From contig JALOOO010000007.1 of the NCBI GenBank assembly GCA_025454375.1, forward strand, positions 908 to 64,907: a stretch of 64,000 nucleotides of DNA, given 5' to 3'. This DNA is from Leptolyngbya sp. Prado105 (lineage in GTDB: Bacteria; Cyanobacteriota; Cyanobacteriia; Leptolyngbyales; Leptolyngbyaceae). Both the position numbers and the translations under genes were made by a program. Shown here piece by piece: positions 37,042 to 47,164 of this stretch (position 1 is its first letter; each line of letters opens with the position of its first letter). The notes below the pieces were generated by a model. That model worked only from the letters and a program-made list of their open reading frames with translations, did not search any database and had not been told where the DNA came from.

Positions 37042-38367
37042 ATGCGCGATCCTGTCGATCCTCAAATCGAATTCTATCTCCGGCAAGCGCGTCGGCTGAG
37101 TAAAGCTGGAATCTATGAGGATGCGATCGCTCAATTCGATAAAATTTTGCAGCGGCAGCCCAGTTTGTCCGAGGTCTGGTTTGAGCGAGGCAAGGCATTT
37201 TATAGACTGCGACGCTATGACAGCGCGATCGAAAGCTTCAAAGAGTCAATTTTGCTCCGATCTGACTACGAATCTGCCTGGAATATGCAAGGCATGGCAC
37301 TGTCTCAACTCGATCGCTATGCCGAAGCGATCGCCAGCTATGACAAAGCGATTAAACTGATTCCAACCAACTTTAAAGCTTGGTACAATCGGGCGAATGC
37401 GCTTTTGAAGCTAGGCTCAACCTATGAGGCACTGCACAGCTACGAGGAAACGCTAAAGCTGCGCCCCAATTACACAAAAGCTTGGTACAACCGAGGCATC
37501 GTGTTGACGCGACTGAAGCGATATGAAGCAGCGATCGACAGCTATCAGCAAGCCTTGGTCACTCGTCCTCATTTTTCTTCGGCGCATTACAATCAGGGCA
37601 ATCTTTTTTACCGCCTAGAACGATACGAAGAAGCGCTAGCAAGCTATGCACAGGTGCTAGAAATTCGTCCTGATTTGTATGAGGTCTGGTACAACCAGGC
37701 AAATGCGCTGCACCGATCCGGGCGACATGAACGGGCGATCGAGAGCTATACTCAGACCCTTGCACTCAAACCCAACTCGGTAGAAGCCTTGTACAACCGA
37801 GGCAATACGTTTGATGCGCTATGCCAGTACGAGCAGGCGATCGCCGATTACCAACGAGCGCTCAAACTCAATCCTGATTTTTATGAGGCTTGGTACAACC
37901 TGGGCGGAGTCTGCCAGAAATTAGGACGTTACGAAGACGCGATCGCGCATTACGATCGGGCAATTCAATGCAACGCAAAGTTTTATGAGGCTTGGAGTAG
38001 TCGAGGAGTCGCGCTGCGAAAAATTAGCTGTTATGAAGAAGCGATCGAGAGTTTTGATCGGGCAATTGCACTCAATCCAGATGCGGATGAAATTTGGTAT
38101 CGCCGAGGCAAAGCGTTAGAACATTTAGGCAAGAGTGATCGGGCGATCGCAAGCTATGACACTGCCCTGAGTCTCAATCCAAATAGCGATAAGATCTGGT
38201 ACAGTCGCGGGATTTCATTAAGTCGAGCCGGACGAGATGCAGAAGCCGTCGAGAGTTTTGAAAAAGCAATCACGTTAAATGCAGATCCCTCCGATGCCAA
38301 CAATCGACTTGAAAAAGCGATCGCCTCAAATTTCGACTTGCTAGAAGTCAATCATCCTAATCTGTAA
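37042..38367 (+). CDS. Tetratricopeptide repeat protein
   Basis: Successive 34-aa units W(Y/F)NRG..L..L.RYEEAIASYD.AL...P; start uncertain (track 36976). Confidence 0.92.
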   Translation: MRDPVDPQIEFYLRQARRLSKAGIYEDAIAQFDKILQRQPSLSEVWFERGKAFYRLRRYDSAIESFKESILLRSDYESAWNMQGMALSQLDRYAEAIASYDKAIKLIPTNFKAWYNRANALLKLGSTYEALHSYEETLKLRPNYTKAWYNRGIVLTRLKRYEAAIDSYQQALVTRPHFSSAHYNQGNLFYRLERYEEALASYAQVLEIRPDLYEVWYNQANALHRSGRHERAIESYTQTLALKPNSVEALYNRGNTFDALCQYEQAIADYQRALKLNPDFYEAWYNLGGVCQKLGRYEDAIAHYDRAIQCNAKFYEAWSSRGVALRKISCYEEAIESFDRAIALNPDADEIWYRRGKALEHLGKSDRAIASYDTALSLNPNSDKIWYSRGISLSRAGRDAEAVESFEKAITLNADPSDANNRLEKAIASNFDLLEVNHPNL

Positions 38368-38370
38368 CGA

Positions 38371-38610
38371 TCACCAAGTGGGGTCAAAAAATAGATTGAC
38401 GGTGACTAACTCACGTCCAGGTGGCACAGATGAAATGCAGCTTCGTACCGTTTCGCCATCATCTAGTTCAACCTCGCAGGCGTGACACGAACCCATCAGG
38501 CAACCTGTAGGAATCGAAACCCCTGCACGATCCGCAACTTGCAAGAGCGATTCGCCAACTTCTGCATTGACCGTAACATCATCGGGAAGGAATCGGATGC
38601 GAACACTCAT
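38371..38610 (-). CDS. Small 2Fe-2S ferredoxin-like protein
   Basis: CLMGSCHAC...C cluster motif. Confidence 0.92.
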   Translation of the reverse strand: MSVRIRFLPDDVTVNAEVGESLLQVADRAGVSIPTGCLMGSCHACEVELDDGETVRSCISSVPPGRELVTVNLFFDPTW

Positions 38611-38771
38611 GACCCATCTCTCAACAAAATTCTAAAGAATATCTAAACGCCAAAGGATTTGAAGGATTTTGCCTCTACTGTATGAATCAAGGACAAACGG
38701 GTACGTTGCACCGAAAGGGTTAGGGATAAGAGCGCATACAGGTAATCTGATGCGCTTGTTTTTTTTAAGTG

Positions 38772-40241
38772 TTACGGAAGAATCGGCTTGAGATCAAGAT
38801 GCGGCTCGATCGAATCTGCCAATTGATCCAGCATCATTTCCCGTTGTTCGCGGTAATTCGCAACGCCTGTCGGCAGCGATCGCAGTCCACGCTGTTGCCG
38901 CAGTCGGTTTAACCAAGCCCGTCGCCAAGGTCCATTATCAAAGAGTCCGTGCAGATAGGTTCCCCACACCGATTGGCTGTCATCCACGATGCCGAGATTC
39001 GGGTCATCAAATAATGCGTGCGTACCCTCTTCGGATTCAATCACGCGCGTTCTGCCCTGGTGAATTTCATAGCCCGATACTGGTAGACCTTCCTGGGGAA
39101 AATTCGAGGTCACATTGCGCTGACGAGCCACTTTTTGACCTGCGATTACCGTTTTCAGCGGCAGCAAGCCTAACCCCCGATAGCGCCCTTCCTGACCTTC
39201 GATGCCTTCAGGATCAGCCAAAATCTTGCCCAGCATCTGGAATCCGCCGCAGATGCCAAGCACCGTTCCGCCTGCTGCAATATAGTTCTGGATTTCTTCA
39301 GCCATTCCGGTTTTGTGCAGCGCGATTAGATCCGCGATCGTCGTTTTCGATCCTGGAATAATCACGGCATCGGGATGTCCCAAAGATTGCTTGGGATGCA
39401 GATATTTCACGCTGACAGACGGTTCTGCCTCAAGTGGGTCAAAGTCCGTAAAATTGGAAATTCGCGGCAGGCGAACGACTCCAATCGTCAAATCACTTTT
39501 TGGAGCGGAAGAACTGCGATCGAATAAAGACAGCGAATCTTCGGCTGGAAACACTTGATCTAGCCAGGGGATCACTCCAATTACCGGAATTCCGGTCTTT
39601 TTCTCTAACCATTCGATGCCCGAATCTAAGAGCGATCGCTGTCCTCGGAATTTGTTGATCACGATGCCTTTAATCAAAGCCCGCTCATCGGGATCAAGGA
39701 GTTCCAACGTTCCGACAATATGGGCGAAGACTCCGCCTCGCTCAATATCAGCAACCAAAATCGTCGGCGCATTCAAATGCTTCGCCACCCGCATGTTGGT
39801 TAAATCGCGATGCTTGAGATTAATTTCCGCAGGGCTGCCTGCCCCTTCACAGACGACGAGATCGAATTCTTCGCTAATGCGTCTGAGTGATTCTTCGATC
39901 GCAGTCCAGCCGGGTTCAAAAAACTGCTCATAATAATCTGCCGCAGTCGTCCGCCCAATCACTCGACCTTTTAAGACCACTTGTGAGGTCATATCTCCCT
40001 GAGGCTTGAGTAAGATCGGATTCATCTCGACCCAGGGTTGAATCCCGGCTGCCCAAGCTTGAACTGCCTGTGCGTAGCCAATCTCACCCCCATTTGCCGT
40101 GACATAGGAATTCAGTGCCATATTTTGCCCCTTAAAGGGAGCAACTCGAAACCCCTTCCGTGCCAAAATTCGGCACAAGGCAGTTGAGATCATTGATTTA
40201 CCAGCGTGGGAAGTCGTCCCTACAACCATCACTGCTTTCAT
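38772..40241 (-). CDS. cobQ: Cobyric acid synthase
   Basis: GTTSHAGKS, FKGQNMALNS, EGAGSPAEIN, ISNFTDF, GICGGFQMLG, GTYLHG. Confidence 0.97.
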   Translation of the reverse strand: MKAVMVVGTTSHAGKSMISTALCRILARKGFRVAPFKGQNMALNSYVTANGGEIGYAQAVQAWAAGIQPWVEMNPILLKPQGDMTSQVVLKGRVIGRTTAADYYEQFFEPGWTAIEESLRRISEEFDLVVCEGAGSPAEINLKHRDLTNMRVAKHLNAPTILVADIERGGVFAHIVGTLELLDPDERALIKGIVINKFRGQRSLLDSGIEWLEKKTGIPVIGVIPWLDQVFPAEDSLSLFDRSSSAPKSDLTIGVVRLPRISNFTDFDPLEAEPSVSVKYLHPKQSLGHPDAVIIPGSKTTIADLIALHKTGMAEEIQNYIAAGGTVLGICGGFQMLGKILADPEGIEGQEGRYRGLGLLPLKTVIAGQKVARQRNVTSNFPQEGLPVSGYEIHQGRTRVIESEEGTHALFDDPNLGIVDDSQSVWGTYLHGLFDNGPWRRAWLNRLRQQRGLRSLPTGVANYREQREMMLDQLADSIEPHLDLKPILP

Positions 40242-40286
40242 TCGGTCACCTCCGGGAAAAAATCGAGTATCGGGTTCATTATGTTT

Positions 40287-40688
40287 CTAAATTGGCAATC
40301 GCAACCAACGGGTCAGGGCATTGAAGACCTGATCGCGAAAACTTGCCTTGCCAAATCCGCCTACCGATCGCCATTGCGAGACAAGCTGCCGTCCGAGGGG
40401 AGTTAACCGAAAGCTATCCGTCAGACCTTGCCCATCCACTTCGCGTCGTAATAGCCCAACTTGAATCAACCAGAGCATTTCACCATCCGCGCTTAATTCA
40501 GAAAGCATTCGCTTGGTCAGTTGCTGCCTTGTCCCAGACAGTCCTACCAATGAGCTAAGTGTGACACTCTGATCGAGCATCAGCGTATAGAGTCTCATGT
40601 AGAAAGGAGCGCAACGAACGGCACGAGTCGCACGATCGAGCGTTTTTTGAGAATGTCGGAAGACAGGGTTGGGTGTCGTGGGTGTCAT
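40287..40688 (-). CDS. Npun_F0494-family conserved cyanobacterial protein
   Basis: RAVRCAPF...WLIQVGLLRREVDGQGLTDSFRLTPLGRQ. Confidence 0.85.
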   Translation of the reverse strand: MTPTTPNPVFRHSQKTLDRATRAVRCAPFYMRLYTLMLDQSVTLSSLVGLSGTRQQLTKRMLSELSADGEMLWLIQVGLLRREVDGQGLTDSFRLTPLGRQLVSQWRSVGGFGKASFRDQVFNALTRWLRLPI

Positions 40689-41070
40689 CAGGGATTGTGA
40701 CTAGGTTTAATAAAATTTTGATGAATTTTAAGAGATTCAGACTCTATTATTGACAAAAATATTACTGATTTGCTAGTTAGAACGAGCAGAGGTATTGAAA
40801 TTGTCCCATCCTCGATAAATTTTCTCAAACTTTCAGACAAAATCCGGGTAAAGTTGCAGTTTTTACTCAGTAATTTCAGTAATTTCTTTCCCAAATTCCT
40901 AAAATCGCTTCTCAATCTAAAGACAGATCCATTTTTTTTAAGACTGACCACTCCAGATAGATCCGAGGTTCACTCTATACATCTTAAGATTGCCTCACTG
41001 ATAGAAATTCGTAGATCCTCACAGTTTGTGATGTTCGACCTAGATAAAGAAATGAGGCTTGGCGGTAGGC

Positions 41071-41778
41071 ATGATTCGAGTCATTTTGATTGAAGACCAT
41101 GATTTAACCCGTGTTGGCATTCGTGCTGCTCTGCAACAGCGAGAAGGATTCGAGGTGATTGGAGATGCGCGGGACGCAAAATCGGGGTTGAAGCTCGTCA
41201 AAACAGCACAGCCTGATGTCGCGATCGTCGATATTGGTTTGCCTGACTTTACCGGGATTGAACTGACGCAGCAGTTTAAGCAGGCACAGGCAACAGGTGA
41301 ATGCCCAAATACAAGAATCCTGATCATGACGATGCAGGATAGTGAAGATACCGTTCTTGCGGCTTTTGCGGCAGGGGCAGATTCTTACTGCATGAAGGAT
41401 GCCAGCATTGATAAGTTAGCTCAGGCGATTCAGACCACTGCTGGAGGAAATGCTTGGATCGATCCTGCGATCGCTCGAGTTGTGCTGCACCAAACGCAAA
41501 AAGCTTATCGCTCTAGTCAGCATTCACCGGAACCTGCGACGATTTCGATCAATCGCTTATTAGATGAAGATCTAGTTCCTGCCTATCCGCTGACTGAACG
41601 AGAGCTAGAAGTCCTCAAGCTAATTGTGGATGGCTGTAGTAATGCTCAAATTGCTGAAAAGCTCTACATTACAGTTGGCACAGTTAAGACTCATGTTCGC
41701 AACATCTTGAATAAGCTCTGTGCAGATGATCGCACCCAAGTTGCAGTTCGTGCTTTGAGAACTGGATTAATTCAGTAA
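41071..41778 (+). CDS. NarL/LuxR-family response regulator
   Basis: IEDHDLTR, VDIGLPD receiver; LTERELEVL...IAEKLYITVGTVKTHVRNI HTH. Confidence 0.95.
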   Translation: MIRVILIEDHDLTRVGIRAALQQREGFEVIGDARDAKSGLKLVKTAQPDVAIVDIGLPDFTGIELTQQFKQAQATGECPNTRILIMTMQDSEDTVLAAFAAGADSYCMKDASIDKLAQAIQTTAGGNAWIDPAIARVVLHQTQKAYRSSQHSPEPATISINRLLDEDLVPAYPLTERELEVLKLIVDGCSNAQIAEKLYITVGTVKTHVRNILNKLCADDRTQVAVRALRTGLIQ

Positions 41779-41805
41779 GCAAAAAAATGAGTTTAATACA
41801 ATCTG

Positions 41806-41835
41806 AAGAGACGTTTCGCTGAAACGTCTCTTTTT
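41806..41835 (+). terminator. Intrinsic terminator after the LuxR regulator
   Basis: AAGAGACGTTTC-GCT-GAAACGTCTCTT followed by TTT. Confidence 0.85.
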
Positions 41836-42202
41836 ACACGGTAAACGCTTCGATATGTTCTAGTAGCTTTAAGAAGTCGATCGGCTTTTGCACATATCCA
41901 TTCGCGCCTGCATCTAATCCAGATTGAATCTCTGTCACATCATGCGCTGAGATCAATAGAATCGGCAGCGTATCGTTGCGCGATCGAATTCTCTCGGTCA
42001 CTTCCAAGCCATTCATTCCGGGCATCATCACATCGAGTAAAACCAAATCTGGACAGCCCTGTTGAAGCTGTTCTAGTGCCGAAACGCCGCTATTTGCAAC
42101 TTCAACTTCAAAGCCTTCTGCTTCTAGAAAGACCTGTAACAGCAGTAGATTGTCTAGCATATCGTCAACTGCTAAGATTCGATGCACCTTTCGTCCTAAC
42201 AC
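41834..42202 (-). CDS. Single-domain response regulator (CheY-like)
   Basis: AVDD, LLDVMMP, ISA, QKP. Confidence 0.92.
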   Translation of the reverse strand: MLGRKVHRILAVDDMLDNLLLLQVFLEAEGFEVEVANSGVSALEQLQQGCPDLVLLDVMMPGMNGLEVTERIRSRNDTLPILLISAHDVTEIQSGLDAGANGYVQKPIDFLKLLEHIEAFTV

Positions 42203-42393
42203 TGCCTAAGTCCTCGCTATAATTTTTGTATTTCTTGTTACCTATATTTGCTTTTATTTACTGAAGATCAGTCATACCTAGGATGGATTCCCGCGAAGAA
42301 TCTATCTTGCGATTTTCGTCTCTGCCTTGAGAGGCTTATCAATTCGGTTTGTGATTCTCTATTCTTACGGCTGTGAATTTGGAGAAGACAGCG

Positions 42394-42954
42394 ATGACAA
42401 CCACTATTGAAACAAAAAGTAGAAACGGAGCGCTTTGGTCAGGAATTTTATTGCTGGCTTTGGGGTTAGGGGCGATCGTTGCTCCGGTTTTTTCGACGAT
42501 CGTGACGGAAACCTGGTTAGCTCTGATTGTGATCTCAGCAGGATTTACAAAGTTGGTCTATGCAGTGCAAACTCGTGAACAAGGTGGATTTATTTGGAAA
42601 ATTTTACTGAGTGCTTTGTACCTTTCAACGGGGATTATGCTATTCGTCGCACCTTTGACAGGCGTTCTAACGCTGACGCTGTTGCTGGGAGGCTTTCTGG
42701 TAAGTGAAGGCACATTTGAGACGATTCTGGCATTTCGACTGCGCGAGCAAAAGAACTGGGTTTGGTTGCTAGGAAATGCGATCGTGACATTGGGCTTGGG
42801 TGCTTATATTCTGTTGCAGTACCCGTTTGATGCGCCTTGGTTGTTAGGAACTGTGGTGGGTGCTAGTGTAGCGGCGAGTGGTTTGTCACGGGTGATGTTC
42901 TCGCTGAATCCCCAGGTTCAGACAAATAATGAAAGTTCAGCCACTTCTGCTTAG
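42394..42954 (+). CDS. HdeD/DUF308 family membrane protein
   Basis: Six hydrophobic segments with HdeD-like pattern; GGAG before ATG 42394. Confidence 0.85.
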   Translation: MTTTIETKSRNGALWSGILLLALGLGAIVAPVFSTIVTETWLALIVISAGFTKLVYAVQTREQGGFIWKILLSALYLSTGIMLFVAPLTGVLTLTLLLGGFLVSEGTFETILAFRLREQKNWVWLLGNAIVTLGLGAYILLQYPFDAPWLLGTVVGASVAASGLSRVMFSLNPQVQTNNESSATSA

Positions 42955-43205
42955 GGATTTGCGATCAAATAACATCCCTAAGCTTCGATTGGGTTCCGCC
43001 GCGCGTAAACGGCGGGCGATTGTCTCAACTCCTCTGGAACTGGACTCAGCCTTGCTGAGCGAATGCAGCCCGGTTTAGCAGGGTTGGTTTGATTAGCCCA
43101 CCATTCATACAAGCAACGCAGCATGGTTGATACGTTTGGGACTTTATGAGTGAGTAAGTTCCTTAGGTCGATTCGTTGATCAAATTATTCATTTCAGTTT
43201 TGCCG

Positions 43206-43243
43206 CCACCGATGTCTTTTAGATATTGGTGGTTTCACTTTTT
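43206..43243 (+). terminator. Plus-strand terminator-like hairpin
   Basis: CCACCGATGTCT-TTT-AGATATTGGTGG (two G.U pairs on plus) then TTTCACTTTTT. Confidence 0.6.
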
Positions 43244-43571
43244 ATCTAGATGAATTCTGCCAAATTAGGGGCGAATTTCATCAATGCCTCAAGAAAACTG
43301 CAATCTAACAGGTGTTAACGCGCAAAATCTCTCAGTATTTCTTCCGTTAGGATCTGTAAATTCCGTAGATGTTCTAGTTAACGAGATCTGACCCTACAGA
43401 GCATTATATGAGGAGATTTCATATTTAAGTAAAGCGCAGTAAGTACCTACGTAAAATCTAGGAGCTTTTAGGGTTTTCACTTAAAAACCTGCCTCATCTC
43501 AACTTCTAAGCCTCCCAAGGTAACAAGAAATTGAGCAGATTTCTTTGTTCTATCGATGATCCTGTAGAGTT

Positions 43572-46346
43572 ATGCATCGCTATTTATACGTTCTGTCTTT
43601 AGCAGTCAGCCTGCTGGTTAATCTTCTCTCTATAAAAAGCGCGATCGCAACTTCTAATCTGAAGATAGAACCGATCAATCCTTCAGAAATTTCAGATGAG
43701 AATAGGCTCAAGTCAATCTCTGAAATCAGCGAAGACAGTCCAGTCATTGCACAAGTCATTAATCCGCCGCCCAGCGAGATCATTGTTCCGCCGCCCCTCG
43801 ATGAGCCAGAGATCAATCAGCCGCCTCAGCCTCCGGATCTGAAACCTCCAGAACTTCCGAAACCTTCAGAACCTCCGAAACCCACGATCGCAGATCCAGA
43901 AGTTTCTAAAAAACTACTTAATGCCATTATTTTAAATGCGATCGGCAATAGCTCGAAGCGCTTTCCCTGGCTGGTTAATCCAGCAAGTAACTTACTAGAA
44001 TCTACTACATCATTTACGCCTGCCAAGACCGAAAACTATACCGATATTGACATTCAGTATCGCGATAATCAGCTTCTGATTCGAGAGTTTGATGCAGCAA
44101 ATTTTCCTAAATCCGATCAGTTCTATTGGGTCTTACCCAAAAATCGGATTGTCATCGAAACTCGAGGCTGGCAAGCTGGAATTGACTATCAAGGACAAGA
44201 AAGAACGCTTGAAATCGATCAACGAATTCGCTTGACCCAGGCACTGTGGGGATTACAAGCTGTTTGGTCTTTACCTCAGCCGTTTCAAGACCTATACGGT
44301 AGAACAGATACAAGCCAATTTACGATACAAGCCATTTCGGGCGAGGTCAGCAATCCAGTTGGAGTCGCTGCTCCTCCTGTGATCATTAACAATACAACGC
44401 TGAGTCCCACTGCGATTCGCATTGCTCCACCGCCAAGACTTGGCACTGGCTCAAGCAACAATTCCAATGGTGGAGGCTCACTGTTCCAGTTTCTTGAAGC
44501 TGAAAATGCACCTTTGATCCTTCAAGCCTATCCAACAAGCAATTTGCAGCCGCTTATGGAAGCAGAAGGATTATTCGTAGGCGCAAAAATTCCGCCATCT
44601 GTCTTAGAAGCAGCCAGAATTGGCTGGAAAAATCCATTCACAGGCGAAGGGCAGTCAACGGCTCCGGTGATGAGTTCTGCTCCTGGCATTAAAGTTGGGC
44701 AGTTAGGTAAGTTTGACAATCTTGATTTGCTCAATCTGCTCGTGAATCCTAGCCTCGATTCAACAGAGCGAACCTTAGCTTATCTCAATTCATTATTCTG
44801 GATTCCATTGGGGCAGAGAAAACCCGATATTTTACGCACGCGAGTAACCCAGCAAGATGAGCTTTTTTGGCATCGGTTGTCGCTCAATCAGCCTCACAAT
44901 CGTACTCTACTGCAATATGATGCGGTTCGACCTCAAGCAACTTACACAAATGTCTTTGCGAATCCTGGCTTTTCTCTATCATTTTCGATGAAGAAAGGTC
45001 AGGTCAATGATCTCCAGTCGTTGAATTCGAGTTTGGGACTGTTACTGGGGGGAGTGTTTAGTTTTATTCGACCGCAAGATCTGACGCAAAGTTTAACAGA
45101 GAGCCGCGATCGCTACGATCGCCGAGAAGCATTTTCTGGCATTGTGACTAAAGCCACATCGAATCAAAGAGTTGCAATTAATCAGCGTCTGAATCGAGGC
45201 TTGTACTATGCTAATACAACCAGTGGTCTGAGACAGATTTCAGGGACATTCACGTTTCCTAGCATCATTACACCGACTCATGCTGAACTCTTTCAGATCC
45301 GTGCTGGCAATCAACGCCGCTTAGCCCGTTTTTTGCAAGTCGAAAGTACTTGGATACCTGGAAATACTTATTTCTCACGGTTAGAACTCTCAAATCGAGA
45401 CTTTGGACAACTATCGTTTATTGGGATGCCAGTAAATTCGAGTTTAACTGGACTTACCTCGAATCGTTCTTCTGCGACTCAAGTGGTAATTCAAGCCCCC
45501 GATGGACAGGAGTTTGTACAGGATTTCTCGTCCTCTTCACCTGATCCTACCGTTGTGCCGATTGGGATTCGATCGTCGGATATTGCCTTCGATCGCATTG
45601 AATTCACGCAATTTGGTCGCGGCAAAACTCAAACCAATCGGTTTGAGGGATATCTATTTCTTCCGGCAGTGGAAGCGATGTTAGCAGGCTCTTCGGGGAA
45701 ATGGAACTATGCAGTGAATACGGGAGTTTGGTTTAACCTCAATGGAGATGCTGCTTTTGAAGTTGCAAGGAATAACCTAGGTGATCCTGAGCCTAGTGTT
45801 GGGGTTTACCTGAACTCTTTGATCAATCATATTGACACTCGTGTGGTCAATGGCTCTGATGGAAAAGCAAAAGCGATCGTCAATCTAATTCCTTCTTTGC
45901 GCTTATCTTGGAGTAGTGTGCCGAATGCGTCTAATCCAGCTTATCTGAACTTGAGCTATACCTACACGCGACAGCAAAGACAGCTTAACTATTCCATCAC
46001 GCCTGGTTTCTTTTTAAGTTATAGCAGCGATCGTTTAGCTCCAGTCGGCTTCTTTCAGGGACAGCTTGGATTTAAGAGAGGTTTAGAATTTCGCTCTTCC
46101 CTTGAACTCAATAGTCAATTCTTTTATAGCTTGGAAGCATCGCAACGCTTAAGTGCGATTTGGTCAGCAGGTTTCTATGTGCAGAACTATCGATCGACTG
46201 AGAGCCTGATTAATCGAGAATCTGCTATGTCCTATGGCATTATTTTGAGAAATCGTTCTGCAAAACAGGGATTCGATTGGCGATCGCGCTTTGGCATGAG
46301 TGGCAATCAGCTTGAGATTCGGCTAGAAGGCGGCTATCAGTTCTAA
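43572..46346 (+). CDS. Large hypothetical exported protein (924 aa), probable C-terminal outer-membrane beta-barrel
   Basis: Signal peptide, Pro-rich linker, alternating hydrophobic beta-strand pattern in the last 150 aa or so, terminal EGGYQF. Confidence 0.75.
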   Translation: MHRYLYVLSLAVSLLVNLLSIKSAIATSNLKIEPINPSEISDENRLKSISEISEDSPVIAQVINPPPSEIIVPPPLDEPEINQPPQPPDLKPPELPKPSEPPKPTIADPEVSKKLLNAIILNAIGNSSKRFPWLVNPASNLLESTTSFTPAKTENYTDIDIQYRDNQLLIREFDAANFPKSDQFYWVLPKNRIVIETRGWQAGIDYQGQERTLEIDQRIRLTQALWGLQAVWSLPQPFQDLYGRTDTSQFTIQAISGEVSNPVGVAAPPVIINNTTLSPTAIRIAPPPRLGTGSSNNSNGGGSLFQFLEAENAPLILQAYPTSNLQPLMEAEGLFVGAKIPPSVLEAARIGWKNPFTGEGQSTAPVMSSAPGIKVGQLGKFDNLDLLNLLVNPSLDSTERTLAYLNSLFWIPLGQRKPDILRTRVTQQDELFWHRLSLNQPHNRTLLQYDAVRPQATYTNVFANPGFSLSFSMKKGQVNDLQSLNSSLGLLLGGVFSFIRPQDLTQSLTESRDRYDRREAFSGIVTKATSNQRVAINQRLNRGLYYANTTSGLRQISGTFTFPSIITPTHAELFQIRAGNQRRLARFLQVESTWIPGNTYFSRLELSNRDFGQLSFIGMPVNSSLTGLTSNRSSATQVVIQAPDGQEFVQDFSSSSPDPTVVPIGIRSSDIAFDRIEFTQFGRGKTQTNRFEGYLFLPAVEAMLAGSSGKWNYAVNTGVWFNLNGDAAFEVARNNLGDPEPSVGVYLNSLINHIDTRVVNGSDGKAKAIVNLIPSLRLSWSSVPNASNPAYLNLSYTYTRQQRQLNYSITPGFFLSYSSDRLAPVGFFQGQLGFKRGLEFRSSLELNSQFFYSLEASQRLSAIWSAGFYVQNYRSTESLINRESAMSYGIILRNRSAKQGFDWRSRFGMSGNQLEIRLEGGYQF

Positions 46347-46489
46347 TTCACCAGAGATCGAGGTTGTAAAATTGGCAGGGGAGGTGCGAGAATTGCACCG
46401 CTGATTGATGAGGTTTGTGCTGATGCCGATGTAGCAGTCACTGCCACCATACTCGCTAACCCAACTAAAATAAATACGCCGCGCAACAA
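46343..46489 (-). pseudogene. Frameshifted, truncated paralogue of the 46715-47164 gene
   Basis: TTG 46489 with GGGGAG SD gives ILVGLASMVAVTATSASAQTSSISGAI; after a 1-nt loss (ATT-CT-CGC vs ATT-ACC-CGT) the other frame gives RTSPANFTTSISGEL, versus VLVGLAGLVAIAAAPASAQNASVSGAITRTSPAGFSTSISGEM. Confidence 0.8.
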
Positions 46490-46621
46490 CGAACTTCTCC
46501 CCTAAGAGATATGAATTACGATCAGAAAACCTTACAGCCTTTATTGCCCGACTTATCAATCTATCTGGCACTGTAATGGAGTTGAATAGATGATGAATAG
46601 AGTCTCGCTGAAGGATGAGAT

Positions 46622-46659
46622 AAAAAAATCAGAGATGCGATGAATGCACCTCTGATTTT
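46622..46659 (-). terminator. Intrinsic terminator of the 46715-47164 gene
   Basis: Minus strand AAAATCAGAGGTGC-ATTCATC-GCATCTCTGATTTTTTT. Confidence 0.8.
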
Positions 46660-46714
46660 GACTTAGACAATACTGCTCAAAGGCAGTAGAGGTCAGTTAA
46701 GTTGATTACTAGAC

Positions 46715-47164
46715 TTAGGGCAAGGGGGGTTCTTCAGCAGGGATCTCGATAAAACCACCAGTCGGATTAGATTCCAATCCATCAACACCAGCAGCAGCCT
46801 TCAAGATTGCAGCATAAGCATCAATGCCCATTTCTTCGGTGAGGGGAAGATCTCTTAGAGTTTCAGCAACAACTTGCTCAAGCAAAGATGAAGCACCTGA
46901 AGTCGGCATGAATTCGATGGCTGCATCGATTTCTAACGTCGGATCAGTTGAGCTAGCAGTTCCTGTAACGCTCAAAGGACCCTCGAAGTACATGCCTGCG
47001 GGTGCAACCATTTCACCAGAGATTGAGGTTGAGAAACCAGCGGGAGAGGTACGGGTAATTGCACCACTAACCGACGCGTTTTGTGCAGAAGCAGGTGCAG
47101 CAGCAATTGCTACTAATCCAGCCAAGCCAACTAAAACAGACGCAGAACGAGATAAGAAACTCAT
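46715..47164 (-). CDS. Small secreted Ala/Ser/Thr/Gly-rich hypothetical protein
   Basis: GAGGAG SD before ATG 47164; signal peptide ending ASA-Q; C-terminal AYAAILKAAAGVDGLE plus acidic Pro-rich tail. Confidence 0.8.
   Translation of the reverse strand: MSFLSRSASVLVGLAGLVAIAAAPASAQNASVSGAITRTSPAGFSTSISGEMVAPAGMYFEGPLSVTGTASSTDPTLEIDAAIEFMPTSGASSLLEQVVAETLRDLPLTEEMGIDAYAAILKAAAGVDGLESNPTGGFIEIPAEEPPLP

Noticed and set aside
40688-41093. ORFs 40688-40951 (-) and 40770-41093 (+)
   Set aside because: AT-rich, F/L/K/S-biased translations typical of a divergent promoter region.
46323-46571. 82-aa track ORF treated as a real gene
   Set aside because: Only its last 15 codons or so of homology are meaningful; it is one frame of the frameshifted pseudogene.
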